Shown here piece after piece: positions 63,318 to 64,000 of a stretch of DNA of 64,000 nt (its first letter is position 1; each line of letters begins with the position of its first letter). Source of the stretch: a virus (lineage: Duplodnaviria; Caudoviricetes); IMG/VR virus record IMGVR_UViG_3300014205_000174, one strand, 5' to 3'. The notes under the pieces were generated by a model. That model was not told the origin of the DNA, searched no databases, and saw only the letters and a list, made by a program, of their open reading frames with translations. The position numbers and the translations under genes were made by a program.

Positions 63318-63335
63318 GTTTGCTTTAAAGCAAAC
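63318..63335. promoter_or_regulatory. Perfect 18-bp palindromic operator (family also at 6234, 6253, 6551, 11853, 14816, 60049)
   Basis: GTTTGCTTTAAAGCAAAC; the other copies are near-matches, essentially all intergenic. Confidence 0.65.
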
Positions 63336-64000
63336 AATGAACTACTGGTGTAATTTAATGCCAGGGTATTTACAACGATAAAACAAACTGAATGAAATTC
63401 ATAGAATGCAAGACTTTTGCGGACGTATGTGCCGCCATGGGAAGAAGCGAGGCGGAGTTCCAAATAGTTCCATCTGCTTCTGCCGTTTTTAATGAATCAA
63501 TATGCCGGGAGCGGTTATTTCTTCTGTCGACGTGCGCAAATGGAGACCGGCAGGTTGACCTTACTGATACTACACAGGAGAAGTGGACGCCAATACATGA
63601 AATAATTAAAGACGACGGTGCTCTTTTTGGGTTTCGCTTGACGTATCACGACTACGACTACGTCATCTCGTGTTCGGCCCTTGGTGCCCGCCCGCCATTT
63701 TTGGATACAGGGGATGCGCGTTACGCGGGAGTGCAGTTTATTGACGAATTTGCGCGATGGCTGTATTATTTGAACAAGGTGTACCAGGAGATGTAAAAAT
63801 ATTTCATGCAACAGATGACGGGAAGAGTAATATTCGTGGGCATGTACTATAAAACTGGCCTAAAGGCCCTGGACAGTAGCACTAAGAGCGGCAAGATGGT
63901 TGACCGCATAATGGACAAACTCCCCATGGGGGTAAAGGTCAAAAAGTGCAACCTGTACTGCCTCGACCGCATGCCGCTCGATTCCGAGAAAGAAGAGCTA

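Overview
The window looks like the non-structural (accessory/regulatory/replication) part of a large phage or prophage of a Bacteroidota host. It is densely packed with short ORFs, uses TAnnTTTG-type promoters, and carries a replication initiator with iterons, DNA methyltransferases, glycosyltransferases and an intein-containing DUF5131 gene. The main result is a compact RNA-guided system. A 383-aa Cas12f/TnpB-like protein (25943-27094) lacks recognisable RuvC catalytic residues and the C-terminal Zn-finger. It goes with three near-identical ~125-nt structured RNA scaffolds (27107, 27694 and, 25 kb away on the - strand, 2295). Each scaffold is fused directly to a half-repeat and followed by its own mini-CRISPR array (36-nt repeats, all spacers different). 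No cas1/cas2/cas4 is present in the window. Other notable features: (1) 15 sigma54-type -24/-12 promoters plus a stand-alone Fis-type HTH gene; (2) a 3.9-kb IS1-like cargo transposon with 39-bp TIRs, an 8-bp TSD and a tRNA-like gene; (3) an 8.5-kb transposase-less TIR-bounded cargo element joining two different broken genes, with a remnant copy elsewhere; (4) a conserved long-hairpin leader RNA shared by both elements; (5) a recurring 18-bp palindromic operator. All protein calls are motif recognition by eye, not database hits.
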